Positions 8,921 through 19,406 of a stretch of DNA of 64,000 bases are shown here, piece by piece. The DNA comes from an uncultured bacterium (GTDB lineage Bacteria; Auribacterota; JABMQX01; JAFGEW01), in NCBI GenBank assembly GCA_965369835.1, contig CBDUSE010000002.1, positions 1,346 to 65,345 of the forward strand. Reading direction: 5' to 3'. Within the stretch, counting starts at the first letter, position 1. Every line of letters starts with the position of its first letter. Below the pieces are notes generated by a model, which saw nothing but the letters and a program-made list of their open reading frames with translations, was not told the DNA's origin and searched no databases. A program made the position numbers and the translations under genes.

Positions 8921-9553
8921 CTACTCGCCGCGCTTCTTCCTACCGAGGAAGCGACGGCGGGCCTTCTTCTTCGGCTTCGCTTCTTCCGCCGGCTCGCCGC
9001 TCGGCTCCGCCTTGGGAGGGGGCGCCTGGGCCTCGGCAGGCTCCTCTTCGCCGGCCACACCCTCGGCGGTCTCTTCCTGAGGCTCGGGCTGAGCCGCGTC
9101 GGCCTTAGGGGCGGCTTCCTCCGCGGCCTCGTCCGGCTCGGCGCGCTTTCTGCGCTTGCGTTTCGGCTTCTCCTCGGTGGTCGGGCCGGGCGCAGCGAAG
9201 CGACCGACGAGCTCGAGGATCGCCAGCTCTGCGCCGTCGCCCGTGCGAGGCGCGATGCGGATTACGCGCGTGTAGCCGCCGGGGCGATCCTGATAGCGCG
9301 GGCCGAGCACGGCAAAGAGCTTCTGGAGCACCTCCTTGTCGCGGATGCGCCGATGCGCCAGTCGCCGTGCGTGCAGGGTGTCGCGCTTGGCAAAGGTAAT
9401 CATGCGCTCGGCGACGCGCCGGGCCGCTTTGGCCTTGGTGACGGTCGTGCGGATGCGCTCGTGAGCGAAGAGCGATGTGATCATGTTGTTGATCATCGCG
9501 CGACGGTGCGCCGACGTCCGGCCGAGGTGTCCTCTGATCTTGCGGTGCCGCAT
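8921..9553 (-). CDS. rplQ: 50S ribosomal protein L17 with a ~90-aa Ala/Pro/Glu/Lys-rich C-terminal extension
   Basis: MRHRKIRGHLGRTSAHRRAM...TTVTKAKAARRVAERMITFAK is canonical L17. The C-terminus is low-complexity and ends in a basic KKKARRRFLGRKKRGE. Confidence 0.9.
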   Translation of the reverse strand: MRHRKIRGHLGRTSAHRRAMINNMITSLFAHERIRTTVTKAKAARRVAERMITFAKRDTLHARRLAHRRIRDKEVLQKLFAVLGPRYQDRPGGYTRVIRIAPRTGDGAELAILELVGRFAAPGPTTEEKPKRKRRKRAEPDEAAEEAAPKADAAQPEPQEETAEGVAGEEEPAEAQAPPPKAEPSGEPAEEAKPKKKARRRFLGRKKRGE

Positions 9554-9559
9554 GAGCTG

Positions 9560-10579
9560 CTAGTCCTCGCCCTGTTCCTCGTCGCCGTCCTCGCGCCGGG
9601 CGAGCACGGTATCAACCTTCATCCCAAGGCCAAGGCCCATCCCTTCGAGGATGCCCTTGATCTCGGCCAGCGACTTCTTGCCGAAGTTGCGGTACTTGAG
9701 CATGTCGGCCTCGGTCTTCTGCACGAGGTCGCCGATCGTGGCGATCTGCGCGTTGGCGATGCAGTTGGCGGCGCGCACGGAGAGCTCGATCTCGGTGATC
9801 GGCATCATGAGCAGCTTGCGCAGCTCCTCCTCCTCGTCCTTGCGCTCGCGCTTAGGCACCTCGAACTCAACGTACGCCTCCTCGTAATCAACGAACACGT
9901 CGAGGTGACGGCGCAGGATGGCGGACGCCTGCTTGAGCGCCTCGTCGGACGTGAGCCGGCCGTCGGTCCAGATTTCCACGACGAGGCGATCGTAGTTCAT
10001 CTGCTGGCCGACGCGCGTGTTCTCGGTGTAGTACTTGACCTTGCGCACCGGGCTGAACAGCGCGTCCATCGCGATCTTGCCGATGGGGTCGTCCTCGCCC
10101 TTGATGAGCTCGCTCGGCTTGTAGCCGCGACCGACGCTCACGTCGAGATCCATCTTGAGACGACGATTCTCGCTCAGCGTGCAGATGTGCTGCTCCGGGT
10201 TGAGGATCTCGACGGTGCCGTCGGTCTCGATGTCGGCGGCGGTCACCTCGCCCTCGCGCTTGACGCTGAGGCCGAGCTGGCGCGTCTTGCGCGAGTGCGA
10301 CACGCAGAGCACCTTCTTGAGGTTCAGCACGATCTCGGCGACGTCCTCGACCACGCCCTTCATCGTGGAGAACTCGTGCTGCACGCCGGCGATCTTGATG
10401 GCCGTGATCGCCGCGCCCTCGAGCGACGAGAGCAGCACGCGCCGCAGCGAGTTGCCGATCGTGTGGCCGAAGCCGGCCTCGAACGGCTCCGCGACGAAGC
10501 GGGCGTACGTGTCCGTCGCCGTTTTCTCGTCCTTCACCAACCGGTTCGGTAGTTCAAAACGACCAAGCTTGACGGCCAT
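9560..10579 (-). CDS. rpoA: DNA-directed RNA polymerase alpha subunit
   Basis: Full-length alpha with N-terminal domain and alpha-CTD motifs (ELSVRAANCIANAQIATIGDL). Confidence 0.95.
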   Translation of the reverse strand: MAVKLGRFELPNRLVKDEKTATDTYARFVAEPFEAGFGHTIGNSLRRVLLSSLEGAAITAIKIAGVQHEFSTMKGVVEDVAEIVLNLKKVLCVSHSRKTRQLGLSVKREGEVTAADIETDGTVEILNPEQHICTLSENRRLKMDLDVSVGRGYKPSELIKGEDDPIGKIAMDALFSPVRKVKYYTENTRVGQQMNYDRLVVEIWTDGRLTSDEALKQASAILRRHLDVFVDYEEAYVEFEVPKRERKDEEEELRKLLMMPITEIELSVRAANCIANAQIATIGDLVQKTEADMLKYRNFGKKSLAEIKGILEGMGLGLGMKVDTVLARREDGDEEQGED

Positions 10580-10676
10580 TTCGCTTCCACTCCCAACGTG
10601 TGTAGAGTCTCAAACCCCTGTTGCCCGGCGCGTGCTGCCGGAGCGCCCCGCTAGACACGCCGTCGCTTCGGTGCGC

Positions 10677-11087
10677 CTACACGCGCCGTCGCTTCGGCGC
10701 GCGACACCCGTTGTGCGGGATCGGTGTCACGTCCTTGATCATCGTGATGTTGAGCCCCACGGCTTGCAGGGCACGGATGGCGCTCTCGCGCCCACTGCCG
10801 GGGCCCTTGACGTAGACCTTGATCTCGCGCATCCCGTACGCCTTGGCGGCCTTGCCGGCGTCGTCGGCGACGAGCTGCGCGGCGAACGCGGTGCTCTTGC
10901 GCGAGCCGGAGAAGCCGACCTTGCCGCCGCTCGACCAGGCGAGCACCTTACCGGACGGGTCCGTGATCGTCACGATCGTGTTGTTGAACGTCGCCTGGAT
11001 GTGGGCAATGCCCCCAGGCACGACCTTGCTGATTCGTCGCCGGCCGGTCCCACGGCGGCCGGCGCGTTTCGGTTCACCCTTTGCCAC
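10677..11087 (-). CDS. rpsK: 30S ribosomal protein S11
   Basis: [30 protein letters not shown] signature. Confidence 0.9.
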   Translation of the reverse strand: MAKGEPKRAGRRGTGRRRISKVVPGGIAHIQATFNNTIVTITDPSGKVLAWSSGGKVGFSGSRKSTAFAAQLVADDAGKAAKAYGMREIKVYVKGPGSGRESAIRALQAVGLNITMIKDVTPIPHNGCRAPKRRRV

Positions 11088-11105
11088 AGGCCTCTCCCTC
11101 CTCGA

Positions 11106-11489
11106 CTACTTGGTCACCTTGCGCTTGAGCGCCACGGTGGCGCGACGCGGCCCCTTGCGGGTGCGCGCGTTGGTGTGCGTGCGCTGGCCGCGCGCCGGCA
11201 GGCTCAGCGTGTGGCGCTGCCCGCGATACGAGTGGATGCTGATGAGCCGCTTGATGTTGCCCTGCACCTCGCGGCGCAAGTCGCCCTCGATCGGGTACGG
11301 GACGCGTCCCAACACCTCGGTGATCCGCCCTACCTCGTCGGGCGTCAGGTTCTTCGCCCGCACGTCGAGATCAACGCCCGCCTCCTGCAGGACCGCCTTC
11401 GTGCGTGCCGGGCCGATCCCGTGGATGTAGGTGAGCGCCACCTCGATGCGCTTTTCTTTCGGAATGTCTACCCCAACGATACGTGGCAC
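11106..11489 (-). CDS. rpsM: 30S ribosomal protein S13
   Basis: [27 protein letters not shown]-terminus and a basic C-terminal tail. Confidence 0.9.
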   Translation of the reverse strand: MPRIVGVDIPKEKRIEVALTYIHGIGPARTKAVLQEAGVDLDVRAKNLTPDEVGRITEVLGRVPYPIEGDLRREVQGNIKRLISIHSYRGQRHTLSLPARGQRTHTNARTRKGPRRATVALKRKVTK

Positions 11490-11513
11490 GTTTGACCCTC
11501 CGTTCGATGCCGT

Positions 11514-11627
11514 CTAGCCCTGGCGCTGCTTGTGGCGCGGGTTCGTGCAGATAATGCGCAGCACGCCCTTGCGCCGGATCACCTTGCAGCGCTCGCAGAT
11601 GCGTTTGACTGATGCCCGGACCTTCAT
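11514..11627 (-). CDS. rpmJ: 50S ribosomal protein L36 (37 aa). It is not in the supplied ORF track because it is shorter than the cutoff
   Basis: I translated the minus strand by hand: [37 protein letters not shown], stop TAG. This is the canonical Zn-ribbon L36, and the start abuts the infA stop. Confidence 0.85.
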   Translation of the reverse strand: MKVRASVKRICERCKVIRRKGVLRIICTNPRHKQRQG

Positions 11628-11851
11628 CTTTGATACTTCTCCCGATACACGATGCGCCCCTTGGTCAAATCGTAAGGCGTCATCTCGACGGTCACTCTGT
11701 CGCCGCGCAGGATGCGGATAAAGTGCATACGCATCTTGCCGGAGATGTGCGCCAAAATCCGGTGCCCGGTTTCAAGCTCCACCCGGAACATCGTGTTGGG
11801 CAGGAGCTCCTTGACCACGCCTTCGACGCGAATTACATCGTCTTTGGACAT
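11624..11851 (-). CDS. infA: Translation initiation factor IF-1
   Basis: [13 protein letters not shown] ... [16 protein letters not shown] is the canonical S1-like IF-1. Confidence 0.9.
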   Translation of the reverse strand: MSKDDVIRVEGVVKELLPNTMFRVELETGHRILAHISGKMRMHFIRILRGDRVTVEMTPYDLTKGRIVYREKYQR

Positions 11852-12591
11852 GCGGTCAGCACCTCGCGACCGTCCCGCGTCACTGCAACGGTGTGTTCAA
11901 AATGGACCGACGGCAGCCCATCGGCCGTCACCGCCGTCCAGTTGTTGTCAAGCACTCGCGTTTCGTACGTTCCCGCATTCACCATCGGCTCGATCGCGAT
12001 CACTATGCCGCGTCCGAGCGGCGGTCCCGTGCCGGGCCGCCCGTAGTTGGGCACCTTTGGCTCCTCGTGCATGTCGCGGCCCACGCCGTGACCGACGAAG
12101 TCGCGCACGACCGAAAAGCCCGCCGCCTCGGCGGTTGACTGCACGGCGTGCGAGACGTCGCCGAGCCGGCCCCTTTGGGTGACCGCAGAGATCGCGGCCT
12201 CGAGGCAGCGCTCGCCCACTTCGAGGAGGCGCCGCTTCAGCTCGTCCACGTCACCGACGGGGACCGTCCGGGCGGTATCGCCGATAAACCCCTCGTGGCG
12301 AATCCCCACGTCGAGGCTGACGATATCGCCCTCGACGAGCTCGCGCGGACCCGGGATGCCGTGCACGATCTCCTCGTTGACCGAAGCGCAAATGAAGCCC
12401 GGGTAGCCCCGATAGCCCTTGAACGCCGAGACGACGCCGTACTCCTCCATGAGCCGGCACGCCTCTCGCTCGAGGTCCTCGGTGGTCACCCCGGGCGCGA
12501 CCTGGGCGCAGATTGCGTCGCGAATGGTTGCCGCGATCCGGCCCGCCTCGCCGAGCTTCGCGATCTCCCGGTCACTCTTGTAAATGATCAT
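11833..12591 (-). CDS. map: Type I methionine aminopeptidase
   Basis: Conserved metal ligands in context ([27 protein letters not shown]). Confidence 0.9.
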   Translation of the reverse strand: MIIYKSDREIAKLGEAGRIAATIRDAICAQVAPGVTTEDLEREACRLMEEYGVVSAFKGYRGYPGFICASVNEEIVHGIPGPRELVEGDIVSLDVGIRHEGFIGDTARTVPVGDVDELKRRLLEVGERCLEAAISAVTQRGRLGDVSHAVQSTAEAAGFSVVRDFVGHGVGRDMHEEPKVPNYGRPGTGPPLGRGIVIAIEPMVNAGTYETRVLDNNWTAVTADGLPSVHFEHTVAVTRDGREVLTACPKTM

Positions 12592-13253
12592 GGCGCCGCA
12601 CCGAGGCTTGCCGCGATGGCCGGGTACGACTCCTCGGCCGGCAGGGCGCCGTCAATCTCAACGACCAGCCCCTGGTCCCGATAGAACCTCATCACGTCGG
12701 CGGTCTGCTCCTCGTAGACCCTGAGTCGGTTGAGGATCGTCGCCTCCGTGTCGTCGTCGCGCTGGTAGATCTCGCCGCCACAGGCGTCGCACACCCCCGC
12801 CGCCTTCGGCGGCATCGTCACGGTGTTGTACACCGCGCCGCACCGGCGACAAATGCGGCGGCTTGTGAGCCGCTTGACGATCACCTCGGGCGGCGTATTG
12901 AGATAGATCACCTTTTCGATCGGCGCGCCGACCCGCCGGGCCGCCTCGAAGAGCATCGTGGCCTGCGGGATCGTGCGCGGGAACCCGTCGAAGAGGAAGC
13001 CCCGCTCGGGGGGCGCCGCGCGCATCCGCTCCTCGACGATCGGGATAATCACCTCGTCGGGCACGAGCGTGCCCGCGTCCATATATTGCTTCGCCTGCCG
13101 GCCGAGCGGCGTGTCGCCCGCGACCGCTTCGCGCAAGATGTCGCCAGTGGCGACGTGCTCGAGATCGAAATCTCGGACGAGCCGCTCGGCCTGGGTCCCC
13201 TTGCCCGCGCCCGGAGGGCCAAAGATGACGATGGAGCGACGTCCGCTCATCAA
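12588..13253 (-). CDS. adk: Adenylate kinase with a Zn-finger LID
   Basis: GPPGAGKGTQ P-loop and LID CRRCGAVY...CDACGG. Confidence 0.9.
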   Translation of the reverse strand: MMSGRRSIVIFGPPGAGKGTQAERLVRDFDLEHVATGDILREAVAGDTPLGRQAKQYMDAGTLVPDEVIIPIVEERMRAAPPERGFLFDGFPRTIPQATMLFEAARRVGAPIEKVIYLNTPPEVIVKRLTSRRICRRCGAVYNTVTMPPKAAGVCDACGGEIYQRDDDTEATILNRLRVYEEQTADVMRFYRDQGLVVEIDGALPAEESYPAIAASLGAAP

Positions 13254-14632
13254 TACCGCCCCCGCAAGCGGCCCTTTTTCATAAAGCCGTCGTAATGGCG
13301 CATCAGTAGGTGCGACTCGACCGAGCCCATCGTGTCGAGCATCACGCCGACGATGATCAGCAGGCCCGTGCCGCCGAAGTACTGCGCCATCGAATAAGTA
13401 ACCCCCGCGTGCGCGCGCGTCAGCAGCGCCGGAAACACCGCGATCGCCGCCAGGAACAGCGCACCCGAGAGCACCAGGCGATTCATCGTGCGGTCGAGGA
13501 ACTCGGCGGTCGGCTTGCCGGGGCGCTTGCCGGGGATGAACGTGCCGTTTTTCTTCATATCGTTGGACATCTTGATCGGGTCAAACTGCGTCGCCGTCCA
13601 GAAGTAGCAGAAGAAGATGATCAGCAGCGCGTACACGCTCGTGTAGAGCCACGCCCCCGGCGAGAGCAGGTTCCTGAGCAACTCGAGCGCGCCCACGCCC
13701 GGGAAGAACTGCGCCAGCGTCGCCGGGAACATCAGCAGCGACGAGGCGAAGATGATCGGGATCACGCCGGCGTAGTTGACGCGCAGCGGCAGGTAGCTCG
13801 ACTGGCCGCTGTAGATGCGGCGGCCGACGATCCGCTTGGCCTGCTGTACCGGGATGCGGCGCTGGCCTCGTGTGACGATAATGATCCCCATCACGACCAC
13901 GACGAACACGGCGATGAGCAGCAGGAGCATGTATGGCGGCAGCACGCGGGCGTTCGGATCAATCAGCGACAGGTTGCGCCACGTGTCCGCAATCGCCACG
14001 GGCACGCGCGAGATAATGCCAATAGTAATAATGAGCGAAATCCCGTTGCCGACGCCGCGCTCGCTGATCTGCTCGCCGACCCACATCAGGAACATCGTCC
14101 CGACCGTCATCGTCAACGCTGTGACCAGTCGAAACCCGAGCCCGCCCTGCGTGACGACCTGGCTCGCGACGCCCATCGAGAGCGCCAACTGATTCATGTT
14201 CTCGATATACCCCGCCATAAAATAGCCCTGGAACAGGCATAAGATGACGGTGCCGTAGCGAGTGTACTGGGTGATCTTGCGCCGGCCTTCCTCGCCTTCC
14301 TCCTTGGCGAGCCGCTCGAGCGCCGGCACGACGGCCGTCAGAAGCTGTAGGATAATCGAGGCGCTGATGTAGGGCATGATGCCGAGCGCAACGATGGTCG
14401 CCCGCAGGAACGCGCCGCCGGAGAACATGTTGATGAAGCTCAGCAGCGTGCCGCCGACCCCGCCGGCCTGACTGCGGAAGATCTCTTCGAGCGCATCCCC
14501 GTTGACACCCGGCGTTGGGATGTGCGCTCCGACGCGGCACGCGGCCAGCAGCAGCAGGGTGATGATCACCTTGCGCCGCAGGTCGTGGATGCGAAAGACG
14601 TTGGCGAGCGCGCGCAGCATCGTTCTACCCAA
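13250..14632 (-). CDS. secY: Preprotein translocase subunit SecY
   Basis: 10-TM protein with a conserved SecY signature (GIMPYISASIILQLL), located between rplO and adk. Confidence 0.95.
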   Translation of the reverse strand: MGRTMLRALANVFRIHDLRRKVIITLLLLAACRVGAHIPTPGVNGDALEEIFRSQAGGVGGTLLSFINMFSGGAFLRATIVALGIMPYISASIILQLLTAVVPALERLAKEEGEEGRRKITQYTRYGTVILCLFQGYFMAGYIENMNQLALSMGVASQVVTQGGLGFRLVTALTMTVGTMFLMWVGEQISERGVGNGISLIITIGIISRVPVAIADTWRNLSLIDPNARVLPPYMLLLLIAVFVVVVMGIIIVTRGQRRIPVQQAKRIVGRRIYSGQSSYLPLRVNYAGVIPIIFASSLLMFPATLAQFFPGVGALELLRNLLSPGAWLYTSVYALLIIFFCYFWTATQFDPIKMSNDMKKNGTFIPGKRPGKPTAEFLDRTMNRLVLSGALFLAAIAVFPALLTRAHAGVTYSMAQYFGGTGLLIIVGVMLDTMGSVESHLLMRHYDGFMKKGRLRGRY

Positions 14633-15068
14633 TCACCGTGCAGGTGCCGCCGGCTTGCTCGATCTTGGCGCGCGCCCCCGCGCTGAAGCGGTGCGCCGTG
14701 ACCGCGAGCGCGACGCCGATCTCCCCGTCCCCGAGCACGGCCACTCCATCGAGCACCTTCTTGATGAGGCCGCGCGCCTTGAGGAGCTCGGGCGTCACCT
14801 CGGTGCCCGCGTCGAAGCGCGCGAGATCGCGCACGTTGACGAGCGCGTAGCGCTTCTTGAACCGGTTGTTATTGAAGCCCTTCTTCGGCAGCCGCCGATA
14901 GAGCGGCATCTGGCCGCCCTCATGCCACAACCGTCGGGGCGCGCCCGAACGGGCCCGTTGGCCCTTGTGGCCTTTGCCGGCGGTGCCGCCCTGGCCCGAC
15001 GCCGTGCCGCGGCCGATGCGCTTGCGCGCCTTGCGCCGCTCTGTGTTGCTGAGGCTACTCAGTGACAC
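14625..15068 (-). CDS. rplO: 50S ribosomal protein L15
   Basis: Gly/Arg-rich N-terminus ([21 protein letters not shown]) typical of L15. Confidence 0.9.
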   Translation of the reverse strand: MSLSSLSNTERRKARKRIGRGTASGQGGTAGKGHKGQRARSGAPRRLWHEGGQMPLYRRLPKKGFNNNRFKKRYALVNVRDLARFDAGTEVTPELLKARGLIKKVLDGVAVLGDGEIGVALAVTAHRFSAGARAKIEQAGGTCTVIG

Positions 15069-15585
15069 GCCTGCCGGTCTCCTTGAGCCGTTCGATTTCC
15101 TCGCGGCGCCGCAGGGCCTTGAGCCCGGCGATAGTGGCGCTGACGACGTTGAGCGGGTTGTTCGAGCCGAGGCTCTTGGTCAGCACATCGCGCACCCCGC
15201 CCGCCTGCAGCACGGCGCGTGCGCCGCCGCCGGCGATGATCCCGGTCCCGGGCGAGGCCGGCTTGAGCATGACGCGGCCCGCGCCGAACTTGCCGATGAT
15301 CGGGTGCGGGATGGTGCTGTTCACCATCGGGATGGCGAACATCGCCCGCTTCGCCTGCTCGATCCCCTTCTTGATCGCCTCGGCCACGCCGTTCGCCTTG
15401 CCGAGCCCGGCGCCGACGCGGCCCGCGCCGTTGCCGACGACGACCAGCGCGCTGAAGCTGAACCGCCGGCCGCCCTTGACGACCTTGGCACAGCGGTTGA
15501 TGCTGACAATTGTCTCGATCAGCTCGCTCTGGGGCTTCTCCTCTCGGGGTCGCCCCCTTGATTGGGATCTCTGCTGGACCGCCAC
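15055..15585 (-). CDS. rpsE: 30S ribosomal protein S5
   Basis: [26 protein letters not shown] signature. L15 follows directly, with no L30 gene in between. Confidence 0.9.
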   Translation of the reverse strand: MAVQQRSQSRGRPREEKPQSELIETIVSINRCAKVVKGGRRFSFSALVVVGNGAGRVGAGLGKANGVAEAIKKGIEQAKRAMFAIPMVNSTIPHPIIGKFGAGRVMLKPASPGTGIIAGGGARAVLQAGGVRDVLTKSLGSNNPLNVVSATIAGLKALRRREEIERLKETGRRVTE

Positions 15586-15610
15586 GATGACGCGCTCTCC
15601 TTCTGCTGAA

Positions 15611-15982
15611 TCAGACAGTGATCTTCGCGGCCCTCAGCGCCTCGGCGACCGCCTTGACACGCCCGTGGAACCGGTAGCCGCTGCGGTCGAAGACGACCGC
15701 CGTGATTTCCTTGTCGGCCAGGCGCTTGGCCAACAGGCCGGCGACGGCGCGGGCCGCTTCCATGTTCTTCGAGCCGGCAAGGCCGAGGCGGCGGTAGTCG
15801 GCCATGACGGTCGAGGCCGCAGCGAGCACCGCGCCCGCCTCGTCGTCAATCGCCTGCAGGTGCAGGTTCGTGTTGCTCTTGTAGACGCAGATGCGGGGCC
15901 GGTCCGCCGTGCCGCGTACCTTCTTGCGGATACGCCAGCGGCGCCGCTGCCGCCCTGTTCTCCTGTCAACGGCTTGTCCCAT
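15611..15982 (-). CDS. rplR: 50S ribosomal protein L18. The track ORF extends to 16123, but the likely start is ATG at 15982 ([15 protein letters not shown]...)
   Basis: [20 protein letters not shown] ... [24 protein letters not shown]. An upstream GAGG Shine-Dalgarno precedes the 15982 ATG. The longer ORF would overlap rplF. Confidence 0.85.
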   Translation of the reverse strand: MGQAVDRRTGRQRRRWRIRKKVRGTADRPRICVYKSNTNLHLQAIDDEAGAVLAAASTVMADYRRLGLAGSKNMEAARAVAGLLAKRLADKEITAVVFDRSGYRFHGRVKAVAEALRAAKITV

Positions 15983-15992
15983 TGCCTCGCCT

Positions 15993-16529
15993 CTAACCGA
16001 CGGTCTTTCCGGCCTTGCGCCGGACGTGCTCGTCGGCGTACCGGATCCCCTTGCCGAGGTACGGCTCCGGCGGGCGGAAGTGGCGAATATCGGCCGCCAC
16101 TTGCCCCACCAGCTGCTTATCAATGCCCGAGACCGTGAGCAGGGTGTTCCTCTCGATCGTCACCTCGATCCCCTCGGGAAGGGGATAGACGCACGGCCGC
16201 ACCTTGCCCACCGAGAGATCGAGCGTGCGGCCCGAGAGCCGTGCCCGATAGCCGACGCCGTGAATCTCGAGCTTTTTCTCGAAGCCCTTCGTGACGCCCT
16301 CGACCATGTTGGCCACGATCGCCCGGGTGGTGCCGTGCAGCGCCCGGTCCTGCTTGCTGTTGCCGGCCCGCTTGAAGCAGACCCGGCCGTCCTCGACGGT
16401 GCCCGTGATGCGCGGACTGATCGGCCGCGTCAGCGTCCCCTTCGGACCCTTCACGGTGATTGCGCCGTTGCCCACCTGAACCTCAACGCCTGGTTCGAGC
16501 GCGATCGGCAGTTGGCCAATCCTCGACAT
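15993..16529 (-). CDS. rplF: 50S ribosomal protein L6
   Basis: MSRIGQLPIALEPGVEVQVGNGAITVKGPKGTL is the canonical L6. Confidence 0.9.
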   Translation of the reverse strand: MSRIGQLPIALEPGVEVQVGNGAITVKGPKGTLTRPISPRITGTVEDGRVCFKRAGNSKQDRALHGTTRAIVANMVEGVTKGFEKKLEIHGVGYRARLSGRTLDLSVGKVRPCVYPLPEGIEVTIERNTLLTVSGIDKQLVGQVAADIRHFRPPEPYLGKGIRYADEHVRRKAGKTVG

Positions 16530-16547
16530 CGCTTCGTGTCTCCCTTC

Positions 16548-16946
16548 TCACCAGACGTAGCAGATCACTTCGCCGCCGACGTTCTCGCGGCGGCATTCCT
16601 CGTCGGTCATGACCCCTTTGGGGGTGGTGATGACCGCCACGCCGAGGCCGCCGAGCACGCGCGGCACCTGCTTGGCCTTGACGTACTTGCGGAGCCCGGG
16701 CCGGCTGACGCGGCGCAGGCCGGCGATCACGCGCTCACGCTCGGGCGTGTACTTGAGGTAGACGCGCAGCACCCCCTGCCTGTCGTCGTCGAGCGCGTCG
16801 AACCCGTCAATGTATCGCGTCTCGCGCAGCACGCGCAACACGTCGCCCTTGAGCCGTGAGGCGGGGACGTCCACGTACGGCTTGAGTGCCTGGTTCGCGT
16901 TGCGAATCCGCGTGAGCAGATCGGCTATCGGGTCGCTCATTGACAT
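16548..16946 (-). CDS. rpsH: 30S ribosomal protein S8
   Basis: MSMSDPIADLLTRIRNANQA is the canonical S8 N-terminus. Confidence 0.9.
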   Translation of the reverse strand: MSMSDPIADLLTRIRNANQALKPYVDVPASRLKGDVLRVLRETRYIDGFDALDDDRQGVLRVYLKYTPERERVIAGLRRVSRPGLRKYVKAKQVPRVLGGLGVAVITTPKGVMTDEECRRENVGGEVICYVW

Positions 16947-16989
16947 CGCTTGCGTCGCTCTCCTGTGTGCCCGGTCCTCGTCCGCCCCA

Positions 16990-17175
16990 TCACCAGCTTG
17001 CCTTGATTACGCCGGGGATCAGCCCGGCGCTCGCCAGCTCGCGGAAGCAGATCCGGCAGAGCTGGAACTTCCTCATGTAGCCCCGACGCCGGCCGCACCG
17101 GCGGCACCGGCTGTAGCGGCGCACGGCGAACTTGGGCTTGCGGTGACTCTTCTCGATCAATGCCTTTCGTGCCAC
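16990..17175 (-). CDS. rpsN: 30S ribosomal protein S14, zinc-binding type Z (61 aa)
   Basis: [25 protein letters not shown] Cys4 motif. Confidence 0.9.
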   Translation of the reverse strand: MARKALIEKSHRKPKFAVRRYSRCRRCGRRRGYMRKFQLCRICFRELASAGLIPGVIKASW

Positions 17176-17200
17176 GACGTATCGGCTCCACCTGTTGCGG

Positions 17201-17740
17201 TTACGTGCGCTTGAACGGTATCCCCATGAGCTCGAAGAACCCGAGGGCCTCCTCGTCGGTCTTGGCCGAGGTGACGAGCGTGATGTTGAGCCCCTGCACC
17301 CGCTTGACCTTATCGGCGTTCACCTCGGGGAAGACGGTCGCCTCGGTCAGCCCCATGTTGAAATTGCCGCGGCCGTCAAGCGTGCGCGGCAGGCCCCGGA
17401 AGTCGCGGATGCGCGGGATCGCCACGCTCACCAGCCGCTCGACGAACTCGTACATGCGCGGACCGCGCAGCGTCACCTTGGCGCCGATCGGCATGCCCTG
17501 GCGCAGCTTGAAGCCCGCGATGCTCCGGCGCGCCTGGGTCACCACGGGCCGCTGGCCGCTGAGCATGGCGAGCTGCCCGACCGCGTCGCCAATGATCTCC
17601 TTGTCGCGCATCGCCTCGCCCAGCCCCATGTTGAGCACGACCTTGCGCAGGCGCGGCACCTGCATGGCGTTGCGGTAGCCGAACCGCTCCATCATCTTGG
17701 GCACGACGCTTTCCTTATACTGGTCGAGCAAGCGCGGCAT
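17201..17740 (-). CDS. rplE: 50S ribosomal protein L5
   Basis: [31 protein letters not shown] is the canonical L5. Confidence 0.9.
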   Translation of the reverse strand: MPRLLDQYKESVVPKMMERFGYRNAMQVPRLRKVVLNMGLGEAMRDKEIIGDAVGQLAMLSGQRPVVTQARRSIAGFKLRQGMPIGAKVTLRGPRMYEFVERLVSVAIPRIRDFRGLPRTLDGRGNFNMGLTEATVFPEVNADKVKRVQGLNITLVTSAKTDEEALGFFELMGIPFKRT

Positions 17741-17746
17741 CGGCTC

Positions 17747-18010
17747 CTACTCGGCTCCTCTCCTGGGCTTGGCGCCCTCGCTGACCCGGCGCAGGTTCGA
17801 GATATGGATCAGGCTCTCCTTCTTGAGGAAGCCACCGGACTGGTTCAGCTTCGGGTCGGGGCGCATCGCCTTGGTGATGAAGTTCACCCCTTCGACCAGG
17901 GCCCGCTCCTTCTTCGGGTAAACACGCAACACCCGCGCCCGCTTGCCGCGGTCGCGCCCGGCGAGCACCTCGACGATGTCGTCGCGCCGGATATGTGCCT
18001 TGATAGCCAT
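17747..18010 (-). CDS. rplX: 50S ribosomal protein L24
   Basis: KAHIRRDDIVEVLAGRDRGKRARVL KOW motif. Confidence 0.85.
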   Translation of the reverse strand: MAIKAHIRRDDIVEVLAGRDRGKRARVLRVYPKKERALVEGVNFITKAMRPDPKLNQSGGFLKKESLIHISNLRRVSEGAKPRRGAE

Positions 18011-18012
18011 TG

Positions 18013-18381
18013 CTAGAGCACCTCTTCCGCCAGCGAGATGATCTTCATGAAGTTCTTGTCCCTCAGCTCGCGTGCGACCGGGCCGAAGATGCGCGTCCCC
18101 TTCGGGTTGCGGTTGTCGTCAATGATGACGCACGCGTTCGAGTCGAACCGCAGCGTCGAGCCGTCGGCCCGATGGATCGCGCGGCGCGTGCGCACCACGA
18201 CCGCCTTGACGACCGATTTCTTCTTGACGGCCGCGTCGGGCGTCGCCTCCTTGATCGAGGCCACGATAATGTCGCCCACGTGCGCATAGCGGCGTCTCGA
18301 GCCGCCGAGCACCCGGATGCACTGGGCGCGCCGCGCGCCGGTATTGTCCGCCACGTCGAGCTTTGTCTCTTGTTGGATCAC
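18013..18381 (-). CDS. rplN: 50S ribosomal protein L14
   Basis: [27 protein letters not shown] is the canonical L14. Confidence 0.9.
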   Translation of the reverse strand: MIQQETKLDVADNTGARRAQCIRVLGGSRRRYAHVGDIIVASIKEATPDAAVKKKSVVKAVVVRTRRAIHRADGSTLRFDSNACVIIDDNRNPKGTRIFGPVARELRDKNFMKIISLAEEVL

Positions 18382-18734
18382 GCTCCGGGCCTACTCCCTG
18401 CCTCCGATCCATGCGCCGACTTGATCACCTCGACGACTCGCCAGCGCTTGAGCTTGCTCAGCGGCCGCGTCTCGCGGATGCGCACCGTGTCGCCCACGCG
18501 CGCGGTCTCGGCCTCATCGTGCGCGTAGAACTTGCGCGAGCGGCGCACCACCTTCTCGTACTGCGGGTGGCGATAGACCTGCTCGACGCGCACCACGACG
18601 GTCTTGCTCATTGTGTCGCTCACGACGACGCCGGTGCGCTCGCGGCGCCTGTTCTTGGACGATGGCGCAGCCGCTCTTGCCGCCGGCGCGCCGAGGTCCG
18701 TACTCGCCGATCTCTGTTGTTCCGCTTCGGTCAT
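18378..18734 (-). CDS. rpsQ: 30S ribosomal protein S17 with a ~25-aa N-terminal extension. The ATG at 18734 is chosen because the longer ORF would overlap rpmC
   Basis: [42 protein letters not shown] core. GGAGAG lies upstream of the ATG at 18734. Confidence 0.8.
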   Translation of the reverse strand: MTEAEQQRSASTDLGAPAARAAAPSSKNRRRERTGVVVSDTMSKTVVVRVEQVYRHPQYEKVVRRSRKFYAHDEAETARVGDTVRIRETRPLSKLKRWRVVEVIKSAHGSEAGSRPGA

Positions 18735-18766
18735 CGGTTCTGTCTCTCTCCCCTGCGGCCCGCGCC

Positions 18767-18964
18767 TCACGCGTGGCTGTAGCCGCCGTCCTTCAAGATC
18801 GTCAGCACGCGAGCGATCGTGCGGCGCACCTCTTTGACCCGGTGCGACTTCTCGAGCTGGGAGACCGCGCGCTGCGCCCGCAGCTTGAACAGTTCCTCGC
18901 GCAGGTCGTCGTAGAGCTCGTCGAGCTCGTCGCGCGTCCGCTCCCTCAGTTCCTTTGCCTTCAT
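18767..18964 (-). CDS. rpmC: 50S ribosomal protein L29
   Basis: [31 protein letters not shown]. The internal ATG of the longer track ORF was chosen because the longer form would overlap rplP. Confidence 0.85.
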   Translation of the reverse strand: MKAKELRERTRDELDELYDDLREELFKLRAQRAVSQLEKSHRVKEVRRTIARVLTILKDGGYSHA

Positions 18965-18986
18965 GCCCGTCCTCTGCCCGCGGGCG

Positions 18987-19406
18987 CTAGCCGTAGTGCC
19001 GGCGCGCCACAAAACGCGTCGCAAACGGCAGCTTCGCCGCCGCGAGCCGGAACGCGTCCTGCGCCATGTTGTACGGCACACCCTCGAGCTCGAAGAGCAT
19101 CCGGCCCGGCCGCACGACGGCGACCCAGCCCTCCGGGGCGCCCTTGCCCTTGCCCATGCGGGTTTCCGCCGGTTTCTTCGTGTACGGCTTGTCCGGGAAG
19201 ACGCGAATCCACATCTTGCCGCGCCGCTTGATGTGGCGGTTGATCGCCACGCGGGCCGCCTCGATCTGGCGCGCCTCGATCCAGCCGCGGCCGAGGCTCT
19301 GGAGCCCGTACTCGCCGAAGCTGATCACGTTGGCGCGGCGGGCAAGCCCGGCCCGGCTGCCGCGATGCACCTTGCGATGCTTAACGCGCTTTGGCATGAG
19401 CGCCAT
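18987..19406 (-). CDS. rplP: 50S ribosomal protein L16. The start is ATG at 19406 (MALMPKRVK) or at 19397
   Basis: [17 protein letters not shown] ... [24 protein letters not shown] is the canonical L16. The longer track ORF overlaps rpsC. Confidence 0.85.
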   Translation of the reverse strand: MALMPKRVKHRKVHRGSRAGLARRANVISFGEYGLQSLGRGWIEARQIEAARVAINRHIKRRGKMWIRVFPDKPYTKKPAETRMGKGKGAPEGWVAVVRPGRMLFELEGVPYNMAQDAFRLAAAKLPFATRFVARRHYG

